Source: Octopus sinensis (Eukaryota). Taken from it: 64,000 nt of DNA. Below are positions 13,306 to 27,851 of the stretch, one piece after another. A program made the position numbers and the translations under genes. The notes beneath the pieces were generated by a model. It was not told the origin of the DNA and ran no database searches. It saw only the letters and a list, made by a program, of their open reading frames with translations. The first letter of the stretch is position 1; each line of letters opens with the position of its first letter. Location: assembly GCF_006345805.1 (NCBI RefSeq), contig NC_043017.1:5890001-5954000 (forward strand), written 5' to 3'.

Positions 13306-13803
13306 TGATACGTTCTCATTCCCCAGCCAACAGACAAACGAGATGGTTTCCTCTTTCTTTCCTCTTTACTTTCTTGTTCTATTGTTATATCTGAGTCCTC
13401 CCTGTCTCTCCCACCTCCTACATCACCCTTCGCTCTCTCCCCTTCTCTCTCTCTCTCTCTCTTTCCTTTTCTCTCCCTCTCTCTCCCTTTCTCTCTGTTA
13501 TAGAAATATCGATTAACATTCTTTACTTGACACGGGGTCAACTGCTGCAAGAAAGAGAAAGCCAAAATAAATAAAATGGTCACATTACGCAACTTTACTT
13601 ATTGACCTTGCTAAATAATATTATTGGTTTGACTATGGCCTCACTATCGCCTCTTGATAGTCATATTATATATAGCATTACGCACTGGTAACACTATGTA
13701 AGTGTACTGGCCTCACTACGGCATCTATAAATGGTTCAAAATCGTACAAAAACCCCAAAAGACTGAGTCAGGTGAGGGAACAACAGAGGGTATTAGTTGA
13801 ACG

Positions 13804-13867
<64 letters not shown>

Positions 13868-13876
<9 letters not shown>

Positions 13877-14105
13877 ACGGGAAGCTTTATGAAAATAGAC
13901 AAAAGACGAAGGCAGGTTTACGGAAATAAACAAAAGACGAAGGCAAGTGGAATACAAACAAACAATTGTATTAGTATGGCGCTCAGGAAATATAAATAAA
14001 ACAAGTCTTTAACGTTTCGAGCCTACGCTCTTCAACAGAAAGATACACAGAGAAGAAACACAGAAAGAAAGAAAAAAAAATGCGTGCAGAGGCTAGCGAA
14101 TCAAG
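13868..14105 (-). mobile_element. Solo Penelope-type terminal repeat (pLTR-like) with hammerhead-like motif
   Basis: Same family as 24601-24980 and ~51940-52090. Abuts (TA)n. Minus-strand motif at 14043-14006: tcttt-CTGTTGA-a-gagc/gtag/gctc-GAAA-cgtt-aaaga. Confidence 0.6.
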
Positions 14106-14520
14106 ACGGGCTTCTCCCAGTTTCCGTCTACCAAATCCACTCATAAGGCTTTGGTCGGCTTGAGGCTATAGAAGAAGACACTGGCCCAGAGCGCCACACA
14201 GTGGGACTGAACCTGGAACCATGTGGGTGGGAAACAAGGTTCTTACCACACAACTACACCTTCGCTTCATAACGAAAATCTTGTTCATTTGCCCCTTAGA
14301 ATTGAAAGCTGTAATTAATCCACAGAATAGTTATATTGGCTGGGCTTAGAGTAGTAAGTGCAGAGGTCAATGGACCTACAACACGCAATGTCGGTAACCA
14401 GATCCGAACCATCGACCCATCAACTAGTAGTAGTCAGACAATCTATCGATCCTTCTGTCTACAGCTGTCATCGATCAGGTTTTGAAATTGTTATTGCTGT
14501 CTAGTTAAGGAAGAATGTTA

Positions 14521-14556
<36 letters not shown>

Positions 14557-14742
14557 AGTGATGGGGCTAGTGGTTTTGGTGTTGTTGGTGATGATGATGA
14601 TGAGGAGGAGAAGGAGGAGGGCAGAAAACCATACGAGGGTGTAGATAGATACGTCATAAATGATGATGATGATGATGATGATGTTGTTGTTTCTGCTGCT
14701 GCTGATGATGATGATGACGACGACGATGATTATGATGATGAC

Positions 14743-14969
14743 GGTAGCAGAATCGTTAGCACGTCGGGCGAAATGCTTAGCGGTATTTCGGCTGCCGTTA
14801 CGTTGTGAGTTCAAATTCCGCCGAGGTCGACTTTGCCTTTCATCCTTTTGGGGTCGATAAATTAAGTACCAGTTAAGCACCGGGGTCGATATAATCGACT
14901 TAATACCTATGTCTGTCCATGTTTGTCTCCTCTATGTTTAGCCCCTTGTGAGTAATAAAGAAATAGGTA
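14743..14969 (+). mobile_element. tRNA-derived SINE, family A
   Basis: Head gcagaatcgttagcac...GAGTTCAAATTCC. Body gcctttcatcc..ggggtcgataaattaagtacc. Ends aaagaaataggta. Confidence 0.9.
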
Positions 14970-17296
14970 GTGGAGGTGGTGGCAGGGATGCTATATACGA
15001 AACTAATTATGACAGAAATAATGGTTGGGATGATGAATATGAAAATGATGATGGTGATGATGACAATGTTGTTGATGATGATGAAGGTTCCATTAAACAA
15101 TGAAGTTGACGACATTAATACAACTGCACCTGATGATGATGATGATGACGATGGTGAGGAGGAGGCGGAGGATGAATTGGAGGAAAGTAGTGTTGAGCGA
15201 TGGTAATGGTGGTGCTGGTGGTTGTGGTGGTGGTGGTGGTGGTGGTGGTGGTGGTGGTGGTGTGGTTATGGTGGTGGTTGTGGTTGTGGTGGTGGTGGTG
15301 GTTGTGGTTGTGGTTGTGGTGGTGGTTGTGGTTGTGGTGGTGGTAGTTCTGGTGGTGGCGGTGGCAGTGGCGGTAATAATTATGATAACTAAGATGTTGT
15401 GGGTAGTGAACCTGGTGATGACGATGACAACGATGGAGTCATAGACGAAGATGATGACGACGACGACAACACTGATGACGACGGCGGCGGTGGCGGTGGC
15501 GGTGGCGGGGGTGGCGACGATGATGGCTACTTAGACATAGTAAATGATAAATGAAGGTAATTATTTATTAAGCAACGGCGGCCATTGTTAAAAAGTTGTC
15601 CGTTATTACAGGATGGCGACGGTGGCGGTGTGGGGGGGGACGTCAATGGAGATGGTAATGACGTCGGTGTGGCAGCGGTGGTGGCTGCGTCCGTGGTGGT
15701 AGCGATGGTGGGGCTTAGTACTGTTGAATCTATATATTTCTATGTTATCGTCTGTAATATTTTGCGAAACAGTGATGCCAATTCCTGCCGAAACTAGATG
15801 GCATAGAAATATTCTCTTAATTCTCTGTCATTAAACCAACATTAAACTGACTAACAGAAGAAAGCTAATTATGTTAGGGAGGCTTATATATTTATTTATT
15901 TATGTTTATACTTATTTATCGGCTTTTCTTGTCTTTTCTTTTTTCCTCTTTTTTCTTTTTCCTTCATTTGCTAATTTCGTTATTGACTTTCATAAATCCT
16001 GGTCAAAGTAGAAACAATGCAAATCCGAGGCTTCTGTCTTTTCGCCTATTTTCCCAAAATAAGAATCCAAAGCTCGAACGAAAACAAAAACAACAGCGAA
16101 AATAGAAGAACAACAACAAGAGCAGCAGCAACAACTACAACAACAAATGCAACAGCAGCAACAACAATAACGACAACAACTATAACGACAAACACGAGGA
16201 AGGATGGATCCAAGAATACTTGGGAAGTTGTTGTGTAAAAGAGAGAAAAGAATTCCTTTGAAAACAAAAAAGAAGGAAAAAAAAAGGAATTAGAATACAT
16301 CGTCGTATGAAATGATAAAAAGGAAATAAAAAAACAAGAAGAATTCAATGAATGTTTTAGTGTTCTATCCGTGTATACAGCGGCGCAAATTAATGGTATT
16401 TCTGCCTCTAATCTATCTGTAATTAAGCGCAAAGAAAATTAGTCGAATCACATAAGAGAACTAAGATATTAGCAAAGCTAATTAAGCTAAAGCTAGAACA
16501 AAAATTATGATCGTCCCAAGATGAAACGACTCCTATAGCGAAAGAATAATGGAAATCAAGATATGTTCCGTTCAGTTCGTGTCGAGATTGGTGGGTGGTG
16601 AGGGGCGGTTGCGGTGGTGGTGGTGGTGGTGGTTGTGGTGGTGGATGATTGTTGCGTGCGTAGTGGAGGTGGGGTAGGGCTAAGCAGTTGATGGTGGTGG
16701 TGGTGGTGGTGGTGGTGGTGGAAACGAGGGGGCTTAAAGCTGATCTGGTGATATTTCAAAAATCGAAGCATTACAGGTTCGATTAGCTTTCAACACTGTC
16801 ATTTGCATGGCTGCGGATTGGTTGAAAGCACCGCGTACTTGCTTTGGAAATTAATGGGACTTAAATCAAGCTGAAGTAAAGGGAGCATGCGTGTATGTAT
16901 GTATGGATGTATGTATGGATGGATGGATGCATGTATGTATGTATGTATGTATGTATGTATGTATGTATGTATGTATGGATGGATGGATGGAAGGATGGAT
17001 GGATGTGGGTATGGAAGTATTCTTTTATTCTTTTATCCTTTTACTTGTTTCAGACATTTGACTGCGGCCATGCTGGAGCACCACCTTTAGTCGAACAAAT
17101 CAACTCCAGGACCTCTTTTTCTTTATAAGCCTAGTACTTAATCTATCGTCTGTTTTGCTGAACCGCTAAGTTAAGGGGATGTAAACACACCAACATCGGT
17201 TGTCAAGCGATGGTGCTCATTTTGCAAATCTAGATCTAATTGCATTTAATTCTGGTAGTAACTATAGCTGTTGATGATGATGATGATGACGACAAC

Positions 17297-17328
<32 letters not shown>

Positions 17329-17497
17329 TGACGACAACGATGACGACGACGATGGTGATAAAGATGATAATATTTGATGATACATACATGCATGCATGCA
17401 TACATGCATACATACATACATACATACATACATACATACATACATACATACATACATACATACATACATACGCACACACACATATATATACACATAC

Positions 17498-17568
<71 letters not shown>

Positions 17569-17653
17569 GAGAGAGCGTGTGTGTGAGAGAGAGGGATAGA
17601 GATTCATATATGCATACGCACACACACACACACACACACGTATATATACATAA

Positions 17654-18107
17654 ATAGAGCTGTTTGCTAGTGGGATGAGTTCTTCAAGATATATTTAAGA
17701 CTGCTCTTAATATTCGGGTGTAAGTTCCGTCTACCTTGGATTCCAGTTTATTTAGTAAGCGTCCTGGCTGTTGCTCCTCTACTGTTGCACGGAAAAAAAA
17801 TCTGATGGTTCTTTGACAGGGTTGATTTCCAGACAACATCAGTTTTGTTTAGGGTCGACCATGCTTTGGCTGTCCGAGATTTCCTGATTGCTCCCACCAC
17901 TAGAAAGGTAAGGCTTTGCAGGACATTGCTGGCGAGCTAATCAAGACCTGACAAGTGACCTACTGCTATAGATGCCAAACTATGGCCATACTGGAGCAGG
18001 TCGTCTCACCAGAAACACTGGATGCCCCCCGAAGACCTCCCTCATCAAATGCAGGACCAAGACGAATGACGTGTGAGATTTGAAAATGTCTGAGCAAACT
18101 CGACCAA

Positions 18108-18142
<35 letters not shown>
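17654..18142 (+). mobile_element. 5'-inverted, truncated RTE-clade LINE with (GAT)n tail and TSD
   Basis: 17654-~17902 is minus-strand AKAWSTLNKTDVVWKSTLS..FRATVE..KVDGTYTRILRAVLNIS*RTHPTSKQLY. ~17903-18108 is plus-strand FAGHCWRANQDLTSDLLL..EDLP..ANSTK*. Tail (GAT)n to 18142. atacataa at 17646-17653 and 18141-18148. Confidence 0.85.
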
Positions 18143-18563
18143 ACATAATATATACATAATACCTGGGATGCTACTCGAAAGTATGTTTACTTACAAAACC
18201 GTATGGACAAACTGAAGAGAACTCAATACATTACATAAAGTAAATTCATTGCGTATATTTGTTCAGTCCTCTCGACATCTAGGCAATCCTCTGGCGAATA
18301 GTGATGTGAACTCCAGGTTGGGATAGGAATAATACTGCAGAAACGGGACCACTTTTTACCGTCTTTTGATTGTCTTCATCCAATTTCTGAGTTGTTTAAT
18401 TTCCATCTGGTAGACAATATATCGCTCTCGGATTAATTTGGTTCAAGTTAATTTCTTTTTATTGTAATGGCAATAGTTGGATATTATTTCGATTTCCTGC
18501 TTAGAATATTTAGTAATTACCTTGAATATTTCCTCGTTAAAGATATTATAAACGTTATTTGCG

Positions 18564-18662
<99 letters not shown>

Positions 18663-19899
18663 CTACATATATATGTGTGTGTGTGTATATACATATGCAT
18701 ATATATATAGAGAGAGATAATTATAGATACATACATACAAACACACACACACAATTTTGTGTGTATGTGTGTGTGTCCGTCTGCGTGTCTGTTTGTCGAG
18801 TGCGGTTGTAAGGGAGACGACATCATAAACTCAGCGCAGTTTTCACTGTGCCACGAAATGCACGAAAAATTGCGTTTCAGCCTGTCTGTGCGGTTCCGGG
18901 TTCAGTCCCACTCCGTGGCACCTTAGGCAAGTGTCTTTTACTATAGTACTGAGCTGAACAAACCTCGTGAATGGATTTAATAGACCGGAACTGAAAGAAG
19001 ATCCTCAAGCCCCCCCTCCCCATAATCCCATAGAAAACATTTTTCCCAAATTTTAAACCCTCAAAATTAGGGGTTCGTTATAAACGAGAGTTCCTTATAC
19101 ATTCTAAAATACGGTAAATAACATCACACACTTGTGAAAATGTCTAATTAACGCTGAGACACGTCTTTTTTCTGCCAACTGAAATCGTAGCTTACTTCGC
19201 CAACCCACTTCAGCAGACGAGACAGGAGTGACTGCACAATGCTCCCTCGAAAATACTGTCATTTCTGATTGGTCACCGTTTCCAATGAATAGACATACAG
19301 AAGCACGTGCAATACAGAAAGCCCGAGATTTTATTTGTATCTGATTGCATTATAATTTATTATGCGATCAGACATAGATAAGCTCTATGGTCGCTGATCG
19401 GATACCACGTGCAAAGAGGCTAGCAAAACACATCGCTACCTGCTCCAAAATGATCAACGATCCAAAGGATAAACGTATCACTGAACTGAAAGCTGAAAAG
19501 GGGACACGCACTTTGAGTTTGTTCTTTAAAACGTATGGAAAATAGAACATCAAAAACACGGTATTGCCAGAAGCAAATAAACTGGTATTTAACGCAAATA
19601 AGAGGCAGGATTTTTTTCTCGTGTCTCATAAATAAAGTGGAAAAAGGAATGAGTGGAAACGATAAGAACACGTGATATTCTTTGTACATTTCTAATCCCC
19701 GTTCTGCCACACAATAATGGCACTAGACCAACCTTCTCGCATAAAATTTGCATATGAAATCGTTTTGATCTCAAACTAACTTTGAAGCCGAACGAGCAAA
19801 CGAATTTAAAAGAGTTACGTTCTTAAATTAGAAAGAAAAAAAAAGAAATCAAAACCAATCGATATAGAAACATTTAAAATGACGAATATTAGACGAAAA

Positions 19900-20800
19900 T
19901 AGAACAAACGTACAATAAACAAACAACAAACATAAAACCTCGCGACCGTAAGATAAACCTTATGCATTCAGAACTAAGTAAAACGCAAAACAACAAAAAC
20001 GAACCTTGAAACACTTAGTGAACCGGAGTAAATTAAACAAAAATTTGAATAAAAGAGACTATGAGGAAATTTAAAGATCTGAAATTTTAAAAGTAGAAAT
20101 CAAAAAAATATGACAATAATCTACTAAAGCTAAAAATAATTGAAAAATAAAAATCAATAGGAAGTGTTTCTGTGGTTAAACGAAAGTAACTCCTAAAAAT
20201 AAATCTGAGTGATAAGATTGCAACTACAATAAAAGTACAACTCTGCGAATCGCTGTTCCAGACGTGAAAACAGATACGAACATCAATATCACTAAGTTAA
20301 TGAAGTATCAACAGAATGACATTAAATACGCTGCAACGTTGACAGCTACAAATAGATGTGGGTCTTCGGTTTAGATCTACTTGAGACGTATCCATATAGG
20401 AATAGCAATACCCAAGCAAACAACATGAAAAAAAATCAATTATATTGAAAGAAGATAGTCGTTATAAGTAAACATCTTAAATTTTAAATAAAATTTAATA
20501 ATGAAAGATTACAACTGAAACAAAGAGGGGGAAAATACTACCGAAATATAACATAAGGGAGAGGTTTCCGAAATCAAAGAACGCTTGAAACAAAGAAATC
20601 CCCTGCACAATATCCATCGATAAGTGACAAGGATTCTTTTAACAAAACTAAAAATTTGGCTGCAACTCAGAACAAATTTATCGTGAAGAGAGAAGTCAAT
20701 GGACCACGGCCAACAACAAAATGAATGGAAGAATTTTGAGAAGTTTGGTCAACAGAAGATTTATAACGAATGAGATTGTTCAAAAGAACACGAAACACGA
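19900..20800 (+). mobile_element. Decayed R4/Dong-like LINE, region N-terminal to RT
   Basis: Strong A skew. Fragments KYAATLTAT, NLAATQNKF(YRE) and MEEF*EVWS resemble R4-clade LIYAAA, LF.TNQKKFYRE and EEFWSNIW. Frameshifted. Confidence 0.45.
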
Positions 20801-21034
20801 TGGTAGCAACCGAAAAACCTTGGGCTTAGTTGATCTCGGTGGCATTTGAACTCAGAACGTAAAGACAGAAGAAATTCCGCTTTTGCACGCTGCCTTACAA
20901 CACGTCTACATATAAGTTTCAAATTTTAGCACAAGGCCAGCAAGTTCGGGGTAGGAGCTAAGCTGATTACATTGTCATCGGTGCTAAACTGACGAAATGC
21001 TGTTAAGCCGTTTTCCCAGGCTGCCAATGTTTCT

Positions 21035-21261
21035 TATTTCTTTACTGCCCACAAGGGGCTACACACAGAGGGGATAAAGAAGGACAGACAAACGGATTAA
21101 GTCGATTATATCGACCCCAGTGCGTAACAGATACTCTTATTTAATCGACTCCGAAAGGATGAAAGGCAAAGTCGACCTCAGAGGAATTTGAACTCAGAAC
21201 GTAACGTCAGACGAAATACGGCTACGCATTTCACCCGGTGTGCTAACGTTTCTGCCAGCTT
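21035..21261 (-). mobile_element. SINE family A
   Basis: Reverse complement of the family A sequence at 14743. Confidence 0.9.
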
Positions 21262-21277
21262 GATGATGATGATGATG

Positions 21278-21347
<70 letters not shown>

Positions 21348-21349
<2 letters not shown>

Positions 21350-21746
21350 GTTGACCATGTCCCTTAGTGGCTGACAATACGTGCATCTCTGATCACGAGC
21401 AGAAGTAGTGGGGGAGCATCATAGCCATGTGTTGAGAGGGATTCTTTGGAGTTTGAATAATTCACCTCTGGAAACATGGGTGTTTCGTTCAACATCCTAA
21501 AGCAACCCTTATTCAGGGACCTTTTGAGCAGGATGGGCTACTCAACTAGAAGAAAATCCTAACTGGGCCCCACCTGCAAGGTCATGTGCTGTTTATCTTG
21601 ATATGAGATCACCATGTCGCGCGCACATATGGTTGTGATGCATGTGCCTGGTGTACCCTTATCAGACGGGTAGTCATCATGGGTATGCTGGGCTTCGTAT
21701 ATTTTACCCCAATGTCACTTTGATGGCATGCACTGATCTCTCACTC
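21348..21746 (+). mobile_element. 5'-truncated copy of family E repeat in (AAT)n
   Basis: Aligns by eye to ~5950-6346 with the same 3' terminus. (AAT)n on both flanks. Confidence 0.7.
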
Positions 21747-21774
21747 AATAATAATAATAATAATAATAATAATG

Positions 21775-21842
<68 letters not shown>

Positions 21843-22544
21843 TTTAAATTTTGACACTAGGCCAGCAATCTCGATGAACGGGTAAGTCGATTACGTCGAT
21901 TCCAGTGCTCGACTGGTTTTTATTTTATCGACTCCGGAAGGATGAAATACAAATTCGACGTCAGCGGAATTTTAGCTGAAAACGTAAAGACAGGCGAAAT
22001 ACCGTTAGATATATGAAAGCATTAAATATGTCGTAGGGTCTTAAAGTTAACGCATATATAAATAAATGAATTCGTAAGGAAAGGAATATGAGAGTTCTTA
22101 AGTGAATATTTATTTATTGCTATCGATATTATTAGTGAATAACAATAATCATATTTATTATTTAAATTACTGCTCATTAAATAATTTAAGCAAATAAATT
22201 AGGAATAACACTCAATACTAATTGAATAAATATTAATTATCTGGCAACAATATCAAGAATAACATTCTTCGCTAGGTTTGGAAAAGGCAGTCTGACTTGA
22301 ATAATGGTGAAACAATTAAATCTGAATGAAATCTTAAGAAGACAGGAAAACGAATGATATTTATATGGACGTGTTGAAAGGCGGCGAGTTGGCAGAAACA
22401 TTAGCAGGCTGGGGGAAACTGCTTAGCAGCAATTCGTCAGCTGAGCACTGATGACAATGTAATCAGCTTAGCGCCGAACTTGCTGGCCTTGTGCTGAAAT
22501 TTGAAACTTACATGTAGACGTGTTGTAAGGCGGCGTGCAAAAGC

Positions 22545-23130
22545 AGCATTTCGTCTGCCGCTACGTTCTGAGTTCAAATTCCGCCGAGATCGACTTTGCC
22601 TTTCATCCTTTCGGGGTCGATTAAATAAGTACCAGTTACGCACTGGGGTCGATATAATCGACATAATCCGTTTGTCTGTCCTTCTTTGTCCCCTCTGTGT
22701 ATAGCCCCTTGTGGGTAGTAAAGAAATAGGTATTTCGTCTGTCGCTACGTTCTGAGTTCAAATTCCGCCGAGATCGACTTTGCCTTTCATCCTTCGGGGT
22801 CGATTAAATAAGTACCAGTTACGCACTGGAGTCGATATAATCGACTTAATCCGTTTGACTGTCCTTCTTTGTCCCCTCTGTGTATAGCCCCTTGTAGGTA
22901 GTAAAGAAATAGGTATTTCGTCTGCCGCTACGTTCTGAGTTCAAATTCTACCGACGACGAATTTGTCTTTCATTTTTTGGCGGGGGAGGGATGAGGCGAT
23001 AAAATAATTATCAGTTGAGTATTGGGATCGATGTGATCGACTGTCCCCCTCCCCCAAATTTCAGGCCTTGTGATCGACTGTCCCCCTCCCCCAAATTTCA
23101 GGCCTTGTGCCTATATTAAAATGGATTATT
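22545..23130 (+). mobile_element. Tandem concatemer of SINE family A (two full ~183-bp units + a third)
   Basis: Junctions gaaatagg|tatttcgtc at 22730/22731 and 22913/22914. Confidence 0.9.
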
Positions 23131-23144
23131 ATTATTACTATTAT

Positions 23145-23370
23145 TAAGGCACCGGGCAAGCAGAATCGTTAGCATGCCGGTAAAAATGCTTAGCGGCATT
23201 TCGTCCGTCTTTCTTTCGATTTTAGTTCAAAAATACCAACGAGATCGACTTTACTTTTCCTCTCTTTGGGGGCTCGATAAAGTAAGTACCAGTTGAGTAC
23301 TGGGGTTGATGTAATCGATCTATCCCCCCCCCACGGAATAGCTGTCCTTGTGCCAAAAATTCGAAGCCAA
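23145..23370 (+). mobile_element. Older SINE family A copy
   Basis: gcagaatcgttagcatgcc head, diverged body. Confidence 0.7.
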
Positions 23371-24296
23371 TAACTGTTTCTGTGATAGGCACAAAGCTTG
23401 AAACTTTGGCAGGAAGGACGAATCGATTACAACGAACCTACGAATTTCACCGGTACTTACCTTGTCGACGCTGAAAGTATGTAAGACAGAGCCATCTTAA
23501 TGGGATTTGAACTCGGATTTGCTGGAAGAAATACCATTAATCATTTCGCCTTGCATGGTTACGGCTCCACCAACAAAAATAAGACAAACTAACTCGTTTA
23601 CTTTTATATTTATTTATGTAAAAATAATAATCATAGAAAATTTTCTGATAAAATTATCTAATGGCTAAATTATTTACTTATTCGATAATCGTTAGATTAA
23701 GAAGATTATCCTAGTTTAATTGTATAATAATTTTTTAAAATATAATCCATTTACGTAAACATCTGAAGATTTCTGAGTTTACCGATTTGAATATTCATTA
23801 GTTTAATGGTTCAAAGAATAACAAATTTACTGAAGATAGTAATTTATTCTTATATTCTTATATTCTTTTATTCTTCTACTTTATTATATTAATTTTAAAG
23901 TCATATCTACTTCCACAAAAGACCTTCCCTTCTTCATTTCTTCTTTATTTTATGCATCGCATTTCTTTCGAGAACTATTCAAAGATCTATGAAGAAATAG
24001 GTTCCTTATTATCTTGGGTAATTTACCATTCTATCGAGAACTATTTACCTTCTTATCTGGAACTATTTATTTACCCCTCCGCCTCTCTATTCTCTTCTCT
24101 CCCACTCTCTCTCTCCCTCTCTCTCTTTTTCGAACTTGTATTTTATTCAGTCGGTTGTTGAATTACACACGCACGCGCGCACACAAACGCACACAAACGC
24201 GCGCGGGTGCACACACACATATTCAGAGAAACATACACACACAAACATACAGACACACTCAGTAGTGTGTGGTGTGTGTGCGTCTCTCTCTCTCTC

Positions 24297-24361
<65 letters not shown>

Positions 24362-24500
24362 CTTTCTTTTGTTAGTATTGTTCCTCCAAAGCCTTATGGA
24401 GGTTTTATTATCGGATTGGTAATCCCTGAGATAGTTTCCATAGAGTCTTGCTGTCTGCCGTTAACTACTAACAGATTCTTATATATACACACACGTTGTA

Positions 24501-24533
<33 letters not shown>

Positions 24534-24534
24534 A

Positions 24535-24591
<57 letters not shown>

Positions 24592-24600
24592 ATATATATA

Positions 24601-24980
24601 GGGAGAATTCACGGAAAAAGACAAAAGACGAAGAAAGCTGGTGTAGAAAACAAACAGATGTGTTAGTACATAACGCTCGGGAACTGAAAAGGTCTTTAAC
24701 GTTTCGAGCCTACGCTCTTCCACAGAAAGGAACACAGAAAGAAACAAAGAGAGAAAAAATTGTGTGTAGTGGATACCGATTCACCATGCTAGATCGGTAG
24801 CCACTACACACATTTTTTCTCTCATTTCTCTCCTTGTTTCTTTCTGTGTCCTTTTCTGTGGAAGAGCTTAGGCTCGAAACGTTAAAGACTTTTTTCAATT
24901 CCCGAGCGTTATACTAATATACAGCGTTTGTTGTCTACACCAGCTGTCTTCGTCTTTTGTTTCTTTCCTGAATTCTCCCC
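24601..24980. mobile_element. Head-to-head inverted pair of pLTR-like repeats (~180-nt arms)
   Basis: Arms 24601-24780 and 24793-24980 are reverse complements with scattered mismatches. Each arm has the GAGC-N4-GCTC-GAAACGTT motif. Left flank is (TA)n. Confidence 0.8.
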
Positions 24981-25170
24981 ATATACCACATGCTCACGTG
25001 GTCGCACCAGTTGATCCTGTCTCCTCTCATCACCCAGCAACAACTCCACTGGACTTTCTACCTTTCTATCCTTTACGGATTCTCTTTTGGACTTCCTACA
25101 CTGCGGCTGCGCTTCTCCGGCCTATGGATTACTCTGGACTCTACTGTTGATATATATATATATATATATA

Positions 25171-25549
25171 CTTTTACTTGTTTAAGTCATTTGACTGCAG
25201 CCATACTGGAGCACCGCTCTTTAGTCGAACAAATCAACCTCGGGATTTTTTCTTCGTAAGCCTAGCACTTATTCTATCGGTCTCTTTTGCCTAACTGCTA
25301 GAAAGCGGGTACGAATACACACCAACATATCGTTTCTCAAGAGATGGTGGGGGGACAAACACAGACACAGAAATACATACACACACACACACACACATAC
25401 ACACATATATATAGGACGGGCTTCTTTCAGTTTCCGTCTACCAAATCTACTCACAAGGCTTTGGTCGGCCCGAGGCTATAGTAGAAGGCACTTGCCCATG
25501 ATACGACGCAGTGGAACTGAACTCGGAACCGTATGGTTGGGAAGCAAGC
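25171..25549 (-). mobile_element. SINE family B
   Basis: Reverse complement of the 61093-61503 type sequence, with internal (CA)n. Confidence 0.9.
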
Positions 25550-25551
25550 TC

Positions 25552-27030
<1,479 letters not shown>

Positions 27031-27395
27031 AATGCGTTACAGACACGACTGTCTTCGAATTTCCTTGGAACCGTTAAACCAATCCAGCCATTGTAGATTC
27101 CGAGACTCGGCACGAACAATCCCAGAATTGTCTTCTATTAATTCAAATATTAAAAGCAGAGCCGCCCTTTTGAAGCGAAGTCCATTCACTGAATGACGTC
27201 ATAAATGCTGTTGAAGACGCTAACAGACGTGGCTGCGTATCTCTCATTATCTTGCCTCTAGGAGTACGGATAATATCTGTTTTGTATCAGATCTTGAAAG
27301 ATCTTCTCTACAGGTTGTGGGGGCGAGTATTAGAGAGAGTTAGAGATAAAGAGAGAGAGAGAGAGAAAAGAAAAGAGGGAAAAGAGAGGGAGAAT

Positions 27396-27459
<64 letters not shown>

Positions 27460-27809
27460 GAGATGTTTAATACGGCTGGTGTTTAATATCAAACTTACTA
27501 TTTCAGCTGTTGTCGTTGTCGTTATTATTGTTATTGTTGTTGCTGTCTTTGGTATTTTCGATGTAGTTCAACATTGATTTCTTTTACGTGTTTCGATCAT
27601 TAGTCTGCGGCCATGCTGGAGCACCTGCTTTTTGAATTTTAGTCGAAGGTATCGTCTCAAGGACTTTTTTCTTAAGGCTAGTACTTATTTTATCGGTCTC
27701 TTTTTGCCGAACTGGCAAGTTACGGGAACGTAAACACCCCAACACTGAGGCTCATGCGGTGGTGGGAGACAAACACATACACACATTCACACACAGACAG
27801 ACACCCACC

Positions 27810-27851
<42 letters not shown>

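Noticed and set aside
27050-27260. Unique CpG-containing segment with a TGACGTCA site as a possible exon
   Set aside because: No frame gave a recognisable peptide with matched splice sites. A single CRE motif is insufficient evidence.
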